This document shows, one piece after another, positions 49,563-61,151 of a stretch of DNA of 64,000 nt. A program made the translations under genes and the position numbers. Source of the stretch: Ostrea edulis (Eukaryota); the NCBI RefSeq assembly GCF_947568905.1, contig NC_079170.1, positions 17,980,001 through 18,044,000 of the forward strand, written 5' to 3'. How positions within the stretch are numbered: the first letter of the stretch is position 1; each line of letters starts with the position of its first letter. The notes under the pieces are model-generated. The model had not been told where the DNA came from. It did not search any database and worked only from the letters and a program-made list of their open reading frames with translations.

Positions 49563-50481
49563 GGGAATTCCCCAGGTCGAACGCGTTCGATTCTTTAGCT
49601 GTGGAGGTCTGCCCTCCGTGCCTCTCCAATAATATATATATATATATTATAACCCTCACTTTACTGCCCTCCACAGCGATCTTGTACTTAGAAAAAAAAA
49701 CGGGAGAAAGGCACCTTTGGTCTATTTTGCATGTGGTTTGTAGTTGTTAAACTCGTCTTTATTTAAAACTTACTGGGACATATAGTTGTAAATGTTTAAA
49801 ACACGCACTTAGCATATATAAAAGTGAACTCGTGTTTGTTATAATATCACTTAGAACACCAACCCTGGACTTGTGTTTCTTGTGGTCTCAATCTAAACGC
49901 CAACCCTAGCGTTATGTTTGGTGTGATGTATTTGAAAACGCCAACCATAGACTTGTGTTCTATATCTTAACTTTATTAAACGCCAACCATGGACTTGCAA
50001 ATTTATCAAACACCAACTATGAACTTGTGTTCTATACTTGTAAATTTATCAAACACCAACCATGAACTTGTGTTCTATACTTGCAAATTTATCAAACACC
50101 AACCATGAACTTGTGTTATATACTTGCAACTTTATCAAACAACTACACACAGCACACACAACTATACACAAGGTCTCTCAATAACACGGGTTTTAACAGC
50201 AAAATCGTCCAAAATATAACAATCGGTCGGTCAAATTGCTTCGGAGTGCAGTATGTGGAGGGCAGTAAAATTGAGGGTATAATATATATATATATTATTG
50301 GAGAGGCACGGAGGGCAGACCTCCGCAGCTAAAATATCGAACGCGTTCGACCTGGGGAATTCCCCATTTCTTAAAAATCGAAGGCGTTCGAGCTTTAGTA
50401 AACAATGGCTGCGGAGGACTGTCCTCCGTGCCTCTCCAATAATATATATATATATTATACCCTTAGTTATACTGCCCTCCA
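49563..50481. repeat. Inverted-repeat (foldback-like) module
   Basis: ~110-bp arms at 49563-49674 (+) and 50255-50364 (-); a third partial arm at 50408-50481 (+); ~43-bp tandem repeats (AAATTTATCAAACACCAACCATGAACTTGTG..) between the arms. Confidence 0.85.
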
Positions 50482-50654
50482 AACTGTCCTATACAGCACA
50501 ATACACACCAAAACTTCTCCAATACAGAAACGAACAAGTTCATGTATTAAGACATACATACCCGTGGGAGTACTGTATATTTATATTATAGCATACCATA
50601 CCAATTGCTCAATATTGCACTACAAACTACAAACCACAAACCAACTACACCAAG

Positions 50655-51128
50655 ATGGACTCAAACAATCTTTGGGAAACAGACATCGATCAAGAGTACA
50701 CCAAACAAAATGCACAAAATAAAAATCAAGCATTGGTCATAGACGAACAACTTAGCGTCAAATATAACGCACACACGGAGGAAAATAACAACAACAACGA
50801 CAGTCCCGACGTTTATCACCCAACATGGCAACCAATGGTGCGCAAGCCCACACAAATTACAAACTACGAACGCATACCGGGTCCGGACGGCGAAGGGATG
50901 ATAAATGTATACATATTTAACGAATGCTTCGAAATTGTACACATGGACGTCAACACCCCTATGTCCGCATACACAGAACCTAAAAACACACACCACCAGA
51001 ACTCCGAATGGCTAGATCAAGAACCCTTCGAAATGGTGGACATGAACTTTCAAACACCTATAAGAGTGGACACAGTCAAAGACGCAGAACAATTATTAAT
51101 CGATGCGGTTGCAGATATGGAACTATGA
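50655..51128 (+). CDS. Intronless acidic hypothetical protein, 157 aa
   Basis: ATG-initiated ORF in an otherwise stop-rich region; AATAAA at ~51237; no motif recognised. Confidence 0.4.
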   Translation: MDSNNLWETDIDQEYTKQNAQNKNQALVIDEQLSVKYNAHTEENNNNNDSPDVYHPTWQPMVRKPTQITNYERIPGPDGEGMINVYIFNECFEIVHMDVNTPMSAYTEPKNTHHQNSEWLDQEPFEMVDMNFQTPIRVDTVKDAEQLLIDAVADMEL

Positions 51129-51821
51129 TTGACTTTAAACAAAATCGCCAAATTATGTGCACATGTCTATATATTTTTGTTATTCTTTGTTATACACTGC
51201 ATATTATACTTATATATATACACACCTGATATGTTTAATAAATTTGTTGTAACTTAAATTATACATCTTGTTGTCAAACATAAGAATGCTTCAGCATTCA
51301 AAAACAAAATGAGCTCTATACAATGGAGACCCTGTACACGGCAGGCGCAGTTTGGTATATACTTGTAACTTTATCAAACCCCAACCACAAACTTGTGTTA
51401 TACACAGTTTCACAACCATAATATCGTGTTCGGTGGCAGGCATTTGAAGCGCCAACAATGAACTTGTGTTATATACTTGTAACTTTATTAAACGCCAACC
51501 ACCCACTTGGGTTATCAATCTAAATAAATTCACAACAACTTAAACATGCAGCTAAACTTAAACTTAAACATACACCTATCGCAATAACGCAAACGCAAAA
51601 TGTTGAACACGTTCCGACTCGCCAAACCAAAAAAATCGAACGCGTTCGACATACGAGCGGCCAAAATCACATAAATACCTTTTGTATATGTGAATTTTTT
51701 CCCCCACACATTTTAATATATTTACATACAATTTGTCACACATATAAACTACTCAAAATATATTATTAGTTTACTCCGTTTCTTTTTTGGATACCGGTCA
51801 CCAACTACTCGCATTTACACA

Positions 51822-52217
51822 ATGGCCCAATACATTCCTGTATTAGACTCGTTTATCATAGAGACCCTAGGATCCCGAGGGATTCCGCCACGGTCATCAG
51901 GCCAAAGATCATCAGCAACAACACCAGATCCAGTGATCAGGCCGGAGTCATCGGCCCCTCCTGTGCCACGAAGGCCAGCGCTAAGAGAATTTATGCCTCC
52001 GTTGCCTTCACCTCTCCAACCGCCACGCAAATACCCGATACCTAGTTGGGGCACATCGGCATTGAATGTGACAATTCAATGTCCCGTGTGTCGAGACGAA
52101 GGGATGAATGAGTTCTTGTGTCAGCAGTGTCTGCAAAGACCATCCTGTCATGACTGCACGCGGTCTTTAATAAAGGTCAGGAATAGTTGCCCTCTATGTC
52201 GATTTGACAGAGGGTAA
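51822..52217 (+). CDS. RING-like protein, unit 2 copy
   Basis: Translation identical to 35508-35903. Confidence 0.6.
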   Translation: MAQYIPVLDSFIIETLGSRGIPPRSSGQRSSATTPDPVIRPESSAPPVPRRPALREFMPPLPSPLQPPRKYPIPSWGTSALNVTIQCPVCRDEGMNEFLCQQCLQRPSCHDCTRSLIKVRNSCPLCRFDRG

Positions 52218-52508
52218 TGTATAGGCGACTGAGGAGGATGAAACATGAAGGGGTAGCTTACACAATAACTAGACTTCCAAGACCCGAGACTCGCTCCTTT
52301 GGCTGAACGGATGTTCGAAACAAGCTTAGCGCGATCGTGGTCAACAAGAATCGGAGTAAAGTCTTATTTGTTACCCGTGGTCTTTTGTAGATATAACACA
52401 AGTAAAAAAAATAATCAACAATATATATACCATCCCGAACATTTCAAATTATTAATACTGAATATATATCATACTGCCCGTAAACAATTTCTCATACTCT
52501 TTTGGAAT

Positions 52509-53135
52509 ATGTCGAACTTGAATTTATTTCAATTCAGTGTGCTCGCGTTGGGAATTGTTTCGTGGATGCCATTATATACCGGGATGCTGTTAGGTGTCGA
52601 TTGTAGCATGGTCAACCATGTGTGGGACAATAACTGCGGCTTGTCTATTCTCTTATTCGTCGTGGGAGATGGATTAAAGGAGGTCGTCGAAGCGACGATG
52701 AAGAAAAAGAACGAAAAGAACGAAAATCCTTACGACAAGATATTACTGACATTGTTCGCGCAAATTGCGGTGTATGGTTTTATGGCCCTAACCACTTTAA
52801 TGATCGTCCCGGAGTGCTGTGTTCTAAGATACATTCTGGAAGCCCTGCTGAAATTATGCCTCGGTCTCCTCGTGGGAATCATGACCATTGGCATGATGTC
52901 TTTAACCAACCAGATCACCGAAAAGCTGATTTTCTACATCGGCAGAGTCGTATTCGTCGTCGTGATTGGTATCCTCTTATTGAGCAGTAACATCTCATAC
53001 ACTCCATTCTTTAACGTATTCGCTTTTGTGTGGACGATAATGACAATGGTGGTTACGTGTTTCATGCGTAGAAATTACATGAAAGCGAACCATGCCGTAA
53101 TACAGAAAACACTTATGAGCGATCCTGACTTATGA
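52509..53135 (+). CDS. Multi-pass membrane protein, unit 2 copy
   Basis: Differs from unit 1 at VVF/VVL and DPDL/DPGL. Confidence 0.6.
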   Translation: MSNLNLFQFSVLALGIVSWMPLYTGMLLGVDCSMVNHVWDNNCGLSILLFVVGDGLKEVVEATMKKKNEKNENPYDKILLTLFAQIAVYGFMALTTLMIVPECCVLRYILEALLKLCLGLLVGIMTIGMMSLTNQITEKLIFYIGRVVFVVVIGILLLSSNISYTPFFNVFAFVWTIMTMVVTCFMRRNYMKANHAVIQKTLMSDPDL

Positions 53136-53299
53136 CGATACAGAGGACATCCATCCATCTAGTTCTTAAGCAGTTGGTTTGTACAATCTACACAACAAGG
53201 ATTGTTTCTACACTGTTTACATGTGCACTGTAAATCTATGTTAGTCAATAAAGATAAATTACAATGGTAGAATTGTAGAACTTTTTTCCCCCCACCCGG

Positions 53300-53542
53300 T
53301 CACCCACAAAGGTGCAACCACTTGCTGGTTATACTTGTTAAAATATTTGATACCCCATTTGCAACCGAATATTTGAAACTGGATACGTCACTAACCTTAT
53401 AATGTGTTATGGGTTTTTCGCATTTTTCACATCCGTAATAAGTATAAACAGTTCCATCGTGCCCGTATACTTGAACAGGCATAACCTTAAAACAGCGCCA
53501 TTCTTCTAATGACATATATGCTGTGTAGTCAGAGACATGCAC
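53300..53542 (-). CDS. Small Cys-containing ORF, unit 2 copy
   Basis: Translation identical to 36986-37228. Confidence 0.4.
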   Translation of the reverse strand: MHVSDYTAYMSLEEWRCFKVMPVQVYGHDGTVYTYYGCEKCEKPITHYKVSDVSSFKYSVANGVSNILTSITSKWLHLCG

Positions 53543-54906
53543 AATTTTTTTCTCATAACACCCTTTTAAAAAGCCTCATTTCTCCCTTTTTCACCAACCA
53601 ACAAGGAACCGAAGCCAAACTGTATGCACAAGATAACGACATCGGTATAAGTAACGGTAGACATGCCAAAGGAACCACAAGTGCCCCCGCCATTGTGATT
53701 ACCACAGATGCTAGTCGGTCTCGAAGTAGGGACAGAGACGTTCACATATTTATACTGTGGTGCTACCAAACCGTTACCATACACAATGCCGTATTATAGC
53801 TGCGTACGAGGCGACTTTCCCATAACGTCTTAAAGTCGCAGCCCACCAAGACGTTATGAGTCGAACATAACGTTAACCTAGTTTCGCCTCGCGGTCTTAT
53901 AATTTCTGAACAAATGCCATTCTTACTGGTTGGATGAAAAAAGAAAGTATGGACGTGCTAAAAGGACGCATTAATGGTATAATGCATAATATACGTAGTG
54001 TGATGAACATAAAGTCTTAATACATAATTAAGAACCACAATAGCAAACTAAGGTCCAAGTGAAAAAAAAAAATATCCAAGAATTTGAATTATTACTACGA
54101 CTTAATTATTGTGTTATGGTACACATACAATATACCCTACATGGACATCACACAATATCTATTCCATAACAAAATCTGTCTGCAAGTATACGTTATTGGA
54201 AGTTGGTATTGAATGCCGATGTGGTCCGAGTTTCTTCGGGAGGCATGAAATAAAACGCATGAAAACAGATAGAAGGACAGGCAATACCGATAATAACGGG
54301 GACATGCTACATAAACGCTTCCTGTCCTTAGCTAGTAGCATCGCCCTATATCGGTAACACCCTGTTGACATGCATTCATATTGGTACCTCAGATTGCCAC
54401 TACCTACACACAGTTTCCCCTAGAAAATGTTCCAACCTATCATAAAGAAGCGCCCTTTTGAAAGTTTGCCGGTCTCAAACATTTCACCGCCTGGACATTG
54501 GGGGTGAATTTGTCAAGGCGTAGTGTGAAATGGGGAATGCACTGAAACTTGTTGGACAGGAAAAATTAGGTAAAACATACAGACAGACTAACGAACTGAT
54601 AATTATTTTATTAATTTGTTTGTTTTGTTGGGTTTAGAATTTTACCATGTTATGTATATAATCTATGATGACATAAGAGAAAATGCTTTACACTGCTCTC
54701 TAAATGTGAATTTTTCATTTTATTTCATTTTTTAAAAATGACACATGTGTGAAAGGTGTATGTGTGCGTGTGTGTAGCAGTTGTCTTTCTTGTATACGCA
54801 GTAACAACGTACTTCCAGATGTTTACAGTATGCAAATTCTTAAAACGTTTATTTCATACTACTCTCCGCTCAACAGTACTTATATTTTGTAGATGATTTT
54901 GCTTGT

Positions 54907-54933
54907 GTACTTGCTTTTCGGCAGTACATATAT

Positions 54934-54965
<32 letters not shown>

Positions 54966-54972
54966 GGCCCCT
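54907..54972 (+). ncRNA. RNU6: U6 snRNA 5' part, unit 2
   Basis: Same as 38592-38657. Confidence 0.95.
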
Positions 54973-55357
54973 TGACACAGGATGGTACGCAATCTTCGTG
55001 GTAAGGGTTCCAATTCCTGCAGCAAGAAGGGGGGAGAGAAAGAGGAAAAGAGGGAGAAAAAAAGGGAATTTAGGGCCGAATTTTCGGCCCCTATTTCTAA
55101 AGCGTTTACTCTCATATTTCATTCCATTTGTCTCTAATTTGAGCTCAGTTTTCAGTATTTAAAAGCCATTTTTAATGCGAAAAATACTACAAAGTAGGGG
55201 CTCATTTCCGTCCCCTTTATGTTAATTTTTAAGGGTTTTTTGCTAGTGTTCTATCATTTTCTCCTTAATGTAACTCATTTCAAAGCTAATTTTGCCTCCT
55301 TTTTCATCATTTACATTTAAATATCCTTTCAAATCCTTGTGTTTTGTGTCATGGTCA

Positions 55358-55433
55358 ATTCCTGTGGTGTAGTGGTTAACACGCTTGTCCCATCAGCGGG
55401 CAAGAGATCTGGGTTCGAATCCCAGTGGGTTTT
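55358..55433 (+). tRNA. tRNA-like cassette in Dada A2
   Basis: Same as 39053-39128. Confidence 0.6.
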
Positions 55434-55729
55434 TCATTCTTGACACACTATGCAAGTGATTCCAACTCCAAAGTTCAAAGTAAAAACACAAATCAGATTT
55501 TTTTATGCATTTATATAAAGTAAGAAAAAATATGTTATGTTCACAACCATTTCATTTAAAGACAACTTATTTACAATATATACAGTCTTTCCCTCTGCTT
55601 TTCATAAGGGCTTGGGACCTTCAAAATCTATACAATGGATTCATATAAATTTAGGCAGCATTAAAAGTTTTTTTTGGTGTTTTTTGTGTTTTTAAATTTT
55701 TTTGGTTATTTTTTAAAACATTTTGGTAT

Positions 55730-58700
55730 CTAGTTCACTGGTGGTGGGGGTTCCTCTGATGGGTCATCTGGTGCCTTCCTCTTGCGACTGGTGTATCCCC
55801 TGGCAATCATCGCTCTCATCCACTCCTCGTAGGACTGCTCGGCGGTGGCCTGGCAGAACCAGTTGCCGAAATATTGCCTGTGTGTGGGAGCGATCTTGGC
55901 TGCCCCACACTTCCCGCACTTGTTCGGTCCGACCCTGGGAGTATAAGTCTTAACTCTCTCCCCCTCGGCTCTCTTCTTCTCCACCTTCCTCCTGTAGCTG
56001 GCCGTAGACTTGGACGGTCGCAACGGACCTATCAGCACGACTGGGACCGTGCGCTGTTGGTACGGCTGGAGGACGACGGACGGCGGCGGGAGTCTGGTCG
56101 GTGACGGGAGTCTGGGCGGGGATGGGAGTCTGAGCGGGGACGGCATCCTGTTGGGCGACGACGGAGGAGACCGGATCCTAGTACGTGTCTGGCCGGCAGT
56201 GTTGCGAGGCAACACGTACCTGAAGGCAGGGGCGGTCTGGGACACCAAGGTGTCTGGACGGGTCAGGGCTGGCGGGACTGGCTGGGCGGCCGTCACAGGG
56301 GGGTCCGAAATCTCAATTCCCTGGGACAGGACCTGTTCCTCTCGCTTCTTCTGCCTCCTTCTGTCCCTGTAAAACACACGACACATTAGCCTCCCTAAAG
56401 CAGGTGAACTTAGTATGACTTGGCATTAAAAGAAATGTAGCCTATACAACTTACCACAGCAGGAGAGTGGTGTTGTTGATGGCCAGGAGCTGGATAGCTG
56501 TCATGGCCATTACTCTGGGGTTGTCCAGCACCACATCGCTGATCTTGGTGTAGGATGCCAGGATCAGACTCCATCTGGTGAGGGTAGGAGAATTCTGGCG
56601 TCTCTGGGGTCCCGTGTGCAACTGCATCAGCCTCCTGATGACTGCCTCCATGTAACGGTTGGCGTCCGGAAAGTTGGCCGGTCCCGAGGCACTGCCGACG
56701 AAGGATCTACAAAGGGAAAAGGGGGACAACATGAGTCGTGGGTCGGACAATTAAAAGAATGAATCTATGTCAAGCGTCAATTGACAAATGACAGTCACCT
56801 CTTGGTCTTCTCCTCGTTGGCTTTCACCGGTCCTTTGGCTGTCTTGGCTGCCTGGAACCTGCCCTTGGGAGGGGACTTGGTCCTGGGCTGAAACACCGTA
56901 GGTCTTTTGTCCTGGGGTTCCAGTTTCTCCCGGAGGGCAATCAAGGCATCCTCCTGACTCCGAGACAGGGTCCTGCACGACCTGAGCTCATACAAGTAGT
57001 CTGCCAGGTCCTGCACTTGCTGGAGTCCGGAGGTGGGTTCCTGCAGCCGCTCCTCCTGTAATATCAGACACAAAGAGTCATATGATGGAAACAAACTCGT
57101 ACAAACACGAGAACATGTTTAGTGCCACAGTATTGTAACTCACCTGGTTCTGCTCTTCCGGTGCCGACTCTGCCTGGGATGAGAGGGGTGGAGTTCTTTC
57201 TGGTAGGGTGGAAGGTGCAGGCTCCGGCTGGGGTGGGGTCAGATGGGGGGTCTCGGGTCGAGGTGCTGGCATTGAGGCAGCGACAAGGTTAGGCTGTCCA
57301 GTGGGCCGTGCGGCTTTTCTCGGCGACCTGACAGTACTGCGAAGTTGCCGGACAGCACTAGTGCTGGATGGTGGCGGTGCAGTACTGGATGGTGGTTGCA
57401 CGAGACCGGCCACTAGCTTCCTGGACTGCATCACTGCTGCCGCTGCCTCGATGTCAGGCTCTGGAATGGTCAGGTCTTCGACGACTACCACTTCCTCGCC
57501 GAAACCCTCGTCCATCTCCCCGTCATCCTCCTCCAGGTCCTCGTCCTCCTCCTTGATCTCCTGGAGTGCCTTGCCCGTCTGGGAATACAGGTACTCCACC
57601 CCTATCAGTTCTCCGGTGTGGACCCGCGGGTGCTGGAAGGCGGGGTCTAAGGGGGACCCAAGGACAGTCTGTGCCAACTGGTTGACAGCGTGGCGCAGTT
57701 CCCTCTTGGTCATCCACTCCTGCTCTCGACCTTGGATGCTGACACCCTCCTCTGCGGCCTGAGTCTGCTTTGCCTCCTTCAGGGCGGTCAGGTCCTCATC
57801 GTCCCACTGGAAGATGCAGCCGGACAGACGACGCATGAACTGGGGGTACAGGGGGTGCGATTCCGTGGTACAAGCACTCGCAATCCTCCTCATGAAATGC
57901 CAGATGTCCAGCCTCACCTACAATAGAAAGCATTGCGTCCTTACCAGTTGACAATGTGTCCTCAAAACATGCATTACCTAAGGGAAACAACACCTACCTG
58001 AGTGGCGAACCACTGCTCAAACTTCTTGCCTACGTAGTTCGTGCCACAGCAGTCACGATCCACGTAGACAACCTCAGGTGGGTTGACTCTGGCCTCGCTG
58101 TACCTCCTCTGGAGTCCGTCGAACATGGCGTCCAGTCCAGCTCCCTCTCCAGCAGTGACGACAGACATCAACACCTGTCAGGACACAAAGTTCGAACAAT
58201 TATAATGTCAACATGTAGTAATATCGGGATTACAGCAATGCAAACATGAGCGTACTCACCTGGCCGTGTTCGTTCCCCACGTTGGTGGCCCACGCGGCAG
58301 TGTCGGCAGCCGTCCCCTGCAGCTTCCTCACCACTTTCTTGGTGGAGTCCACTTTCAGGATCCTCCCGTAGACGCTGGTGATGGAAGCCTTGACTTCCTC
58401 CAGTCTGGACATCACGTCTCGACAGAAGACGGAGGAAAGCCACTGGCAGGACGGGATCTTCCGGGGCGTGGGCGGGGGAGAAAACTGGGCCACAGCCAAG
58501 AGTCCCTTCTTCTGGGCGCTGGTGAAGGCCTGGCAGTCGCTGAGGTAGTGTGCCGTCCTCCTGAGCATCTCCTCGCCGTGGAGTTCCGAGAGGTTCTGCC
58601 GGAGTCTGGCGACACTGTTCCCCAGTCCCCGCTGTCTCAGCATCTTCACCACTTCCATGTCGCAAGCCATCATTCTGGTCAAGATGCAGGGAAACTGGAG

Positions 58701-60153
58701 GCGGTGTCCCACGTCGAGCTGGCTCACTATCTCCTCGTTCCAGCTGCTCAACTTCTTCTTGCATCTGGTGCACTCCAAGTACTCAGCAGCCAGATAGTAG
58801 AAGCCAGACATGGCCAACACTCTCCGCAGGGTCCGGTAGATGCCAGAGGAAATTAGCTCCTGTTTCTGGCACTTGAAGTCCGGACAAACCAGCCTCACAG
58901 CCCACAGTCTCTTAGGCATCCATAGAAAGATGGGCCTGGCAAAGTACCTGAGAAATTCAAAGACAGAATTAGGCTACCTTTTAACACCCCAATATCACTC
59001 CAAGAACACATTTATAACATCAGAGAGTCAAAGCACCTGTCAGCAATGGGCGGCTGCGTGCACACCAATGGGGGGCTAGGGGGGTGGTACCACATGTGGT
59101 CGATGACGTCAAAACACATCTCTGGCTTTCCCTGCTGGTTGACGCGGAAGAGGGCCTTGGAGATCCACTTCAGGTCACACGGGTCCAGGACCTGTTTCCA
59201 GGTACTGTACACCACATCTACAATGTTGTAAGACAAAATAAGGCTTGTGTTGTGATTAAGCGATAGAATAATGAGCAGATGAAATATCAAAAGCATAATA
59301 AGTAAGCTTTATATCAATAGCAAAAGCAGTAAATGGAAGGCAGGTTACACGCCAAGCGCAAGTGAGTATATAGGTATTGTGTATCATTATATAATATAGG
59401 TACCACACCAACACACCACCAGCCGAACACCATAAACTCACCGCAGGAACCGTGCTTGTAGGAAAATAGAAATAAATTCACGAATTAAGCATGATATCGT
59501 TCTCAGATTAGAAATATTACATATGAATAACACTATCGTTTTCAAATACACAGTCTATACTTACCACCCGAGAGGATCTCCATGGTCTCGATCTCCCGTA
59601 CTGCGGCAGCCAGGTCTCGGTCCTCCATCACGTCGGTCTTCAGATGAGGCTCCTGGGACGGTCGGGTCGCTGTCGCCGGCATACTTACCTTCCTCGGCTT
59701 GGCATCCTCCAGAGACTTCTCCACCCTTCGCTTCGCCTCCTTCTCCTTCAGGATCTCGTGGACCATGGGGTACATCTTCACGTACTGCAGGAGACGGAAC
59801 TTGTTCTGCGACAGGGGGGTACCCTCCTCCTTCTCGCCAGCACACGCGACTGTAGCCAGTACGCCAGTAACCCACCCGAGATCATTCTCCAGGACCCACT
59901 TGAACGTCTGTCCCCGGTACTTCCCGAACTGCAGGATGTGCTGGGACAGCACATTTTTGTAATTCCTCACAGCTGCGGGACCACCGAGGACCTCCACACG
60001 TTCTCTAGCATTCCTCATAACAGTCCAGCCGTCCAGTGCGGGCTTCAAAGGAAGCATGGGCAGGCTGCTAGCTTCCTTTGGGGCCCGCAGACGAAGCTCC
60101 CCCGAGTGGATTCTGGCGAACTGGGGCTCGAAAGGATTCAGGGATCTCTCCAT
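55730..60153 (-). CDS. Dada transposase gene, copy A2 (spliced frame open where checked; probable in-frame internal deletion)
   Basis: Lacks the TAA insertion of A1 and reads DIWHFMRRIASACTTESHPLYPQF; same exon structure. Confidence 0.7.
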
Positions 60154-61151
60154 GATTCTAAATGTAAATGTATGTCTCAAAAATTCTCACTTTTACATTA
60201 AATGAATCAAATGCGCGCTCATATTACTGCGCCAAAAAACAACATGGGGGGTAAGTGACACATCACATAAATGTAGACACGTTTAACCTCAAATTTCCAG
60301 TATTTTGAATGAAACTGAGTGTGCTACTGTCGAATTTAGTTTAAAATCAACTGATTTAAGCTTAAAAACAGCTATGTTTCATACAAACTATCTGAGATTG
60401 CAGTTTTCAACCAATGTAAACAGTGTGGAGGGGTCCGGTTTCGAGCAGGTAAGTTTTCGCTTAAAATGCTTATTTAAACCCTACCTACATGGTCGTGCAT
60501 TAACGGGACAATTGTTTATGATTAACTCTGTGCATTGAAGCTAAAATTCAGCACAGTTTCACTCAAAATATCTTTAAGAAAGGTTTTTCAAAATTTCTAC
60601 ACATTGTGTGTAATGACCGGCTCCGAGCAAACAAGTTTTCACTTAAAAATCACATTTAAACGTTATCTACACGGCCATGCATTTACGAGGCAATTCTACA
60701 TGATTGATTGAATTGATTTTAGGCCAAAATCCAGATGCAAATCGGTTAGAATTTAAATTCTGGGCATTTCATCGAAGGCCGCGTCCCTTCGAATTTCCTC
60801 TATTTACAATGTTTACAACCTCCCGTTTTGCATAAATAAGCCGATTTCTCTCTGGCTACTCGCCTCAAATTAATGAAACTCATCGTGCTGAATCTTTTGA
60901 TACCAAATTCGACTTCAAACTCCCGATAAAACTCTAGTAAAGTCGATTTTTGTATTTTTCTATATAATCTACTACTTACCAAAATGGCGGTCGTCCCAAT
61001 TTAGAATCTAAACGCGGCGCTCTGATTGGACGGAAGCCCAGAATTGGAACCAAGAATTGGAACTTTTGGGACAGAATTGGAACCATTCTGGGCATCTGAT
61101 TGGTCCAGAAATTGGAATCTCACCACGAAGATTGCGGAGCAAGGATGACAC

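Larger units (their letters stand above)
54973..61138 (-). mobile_element. Dada element A2
   Basis: Copy of A1; inverted repeats at 54988-55015 and 61110-61136; U6 fragment GCAAGGATGACAC at 61139-61151. Confidence 0.8.
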
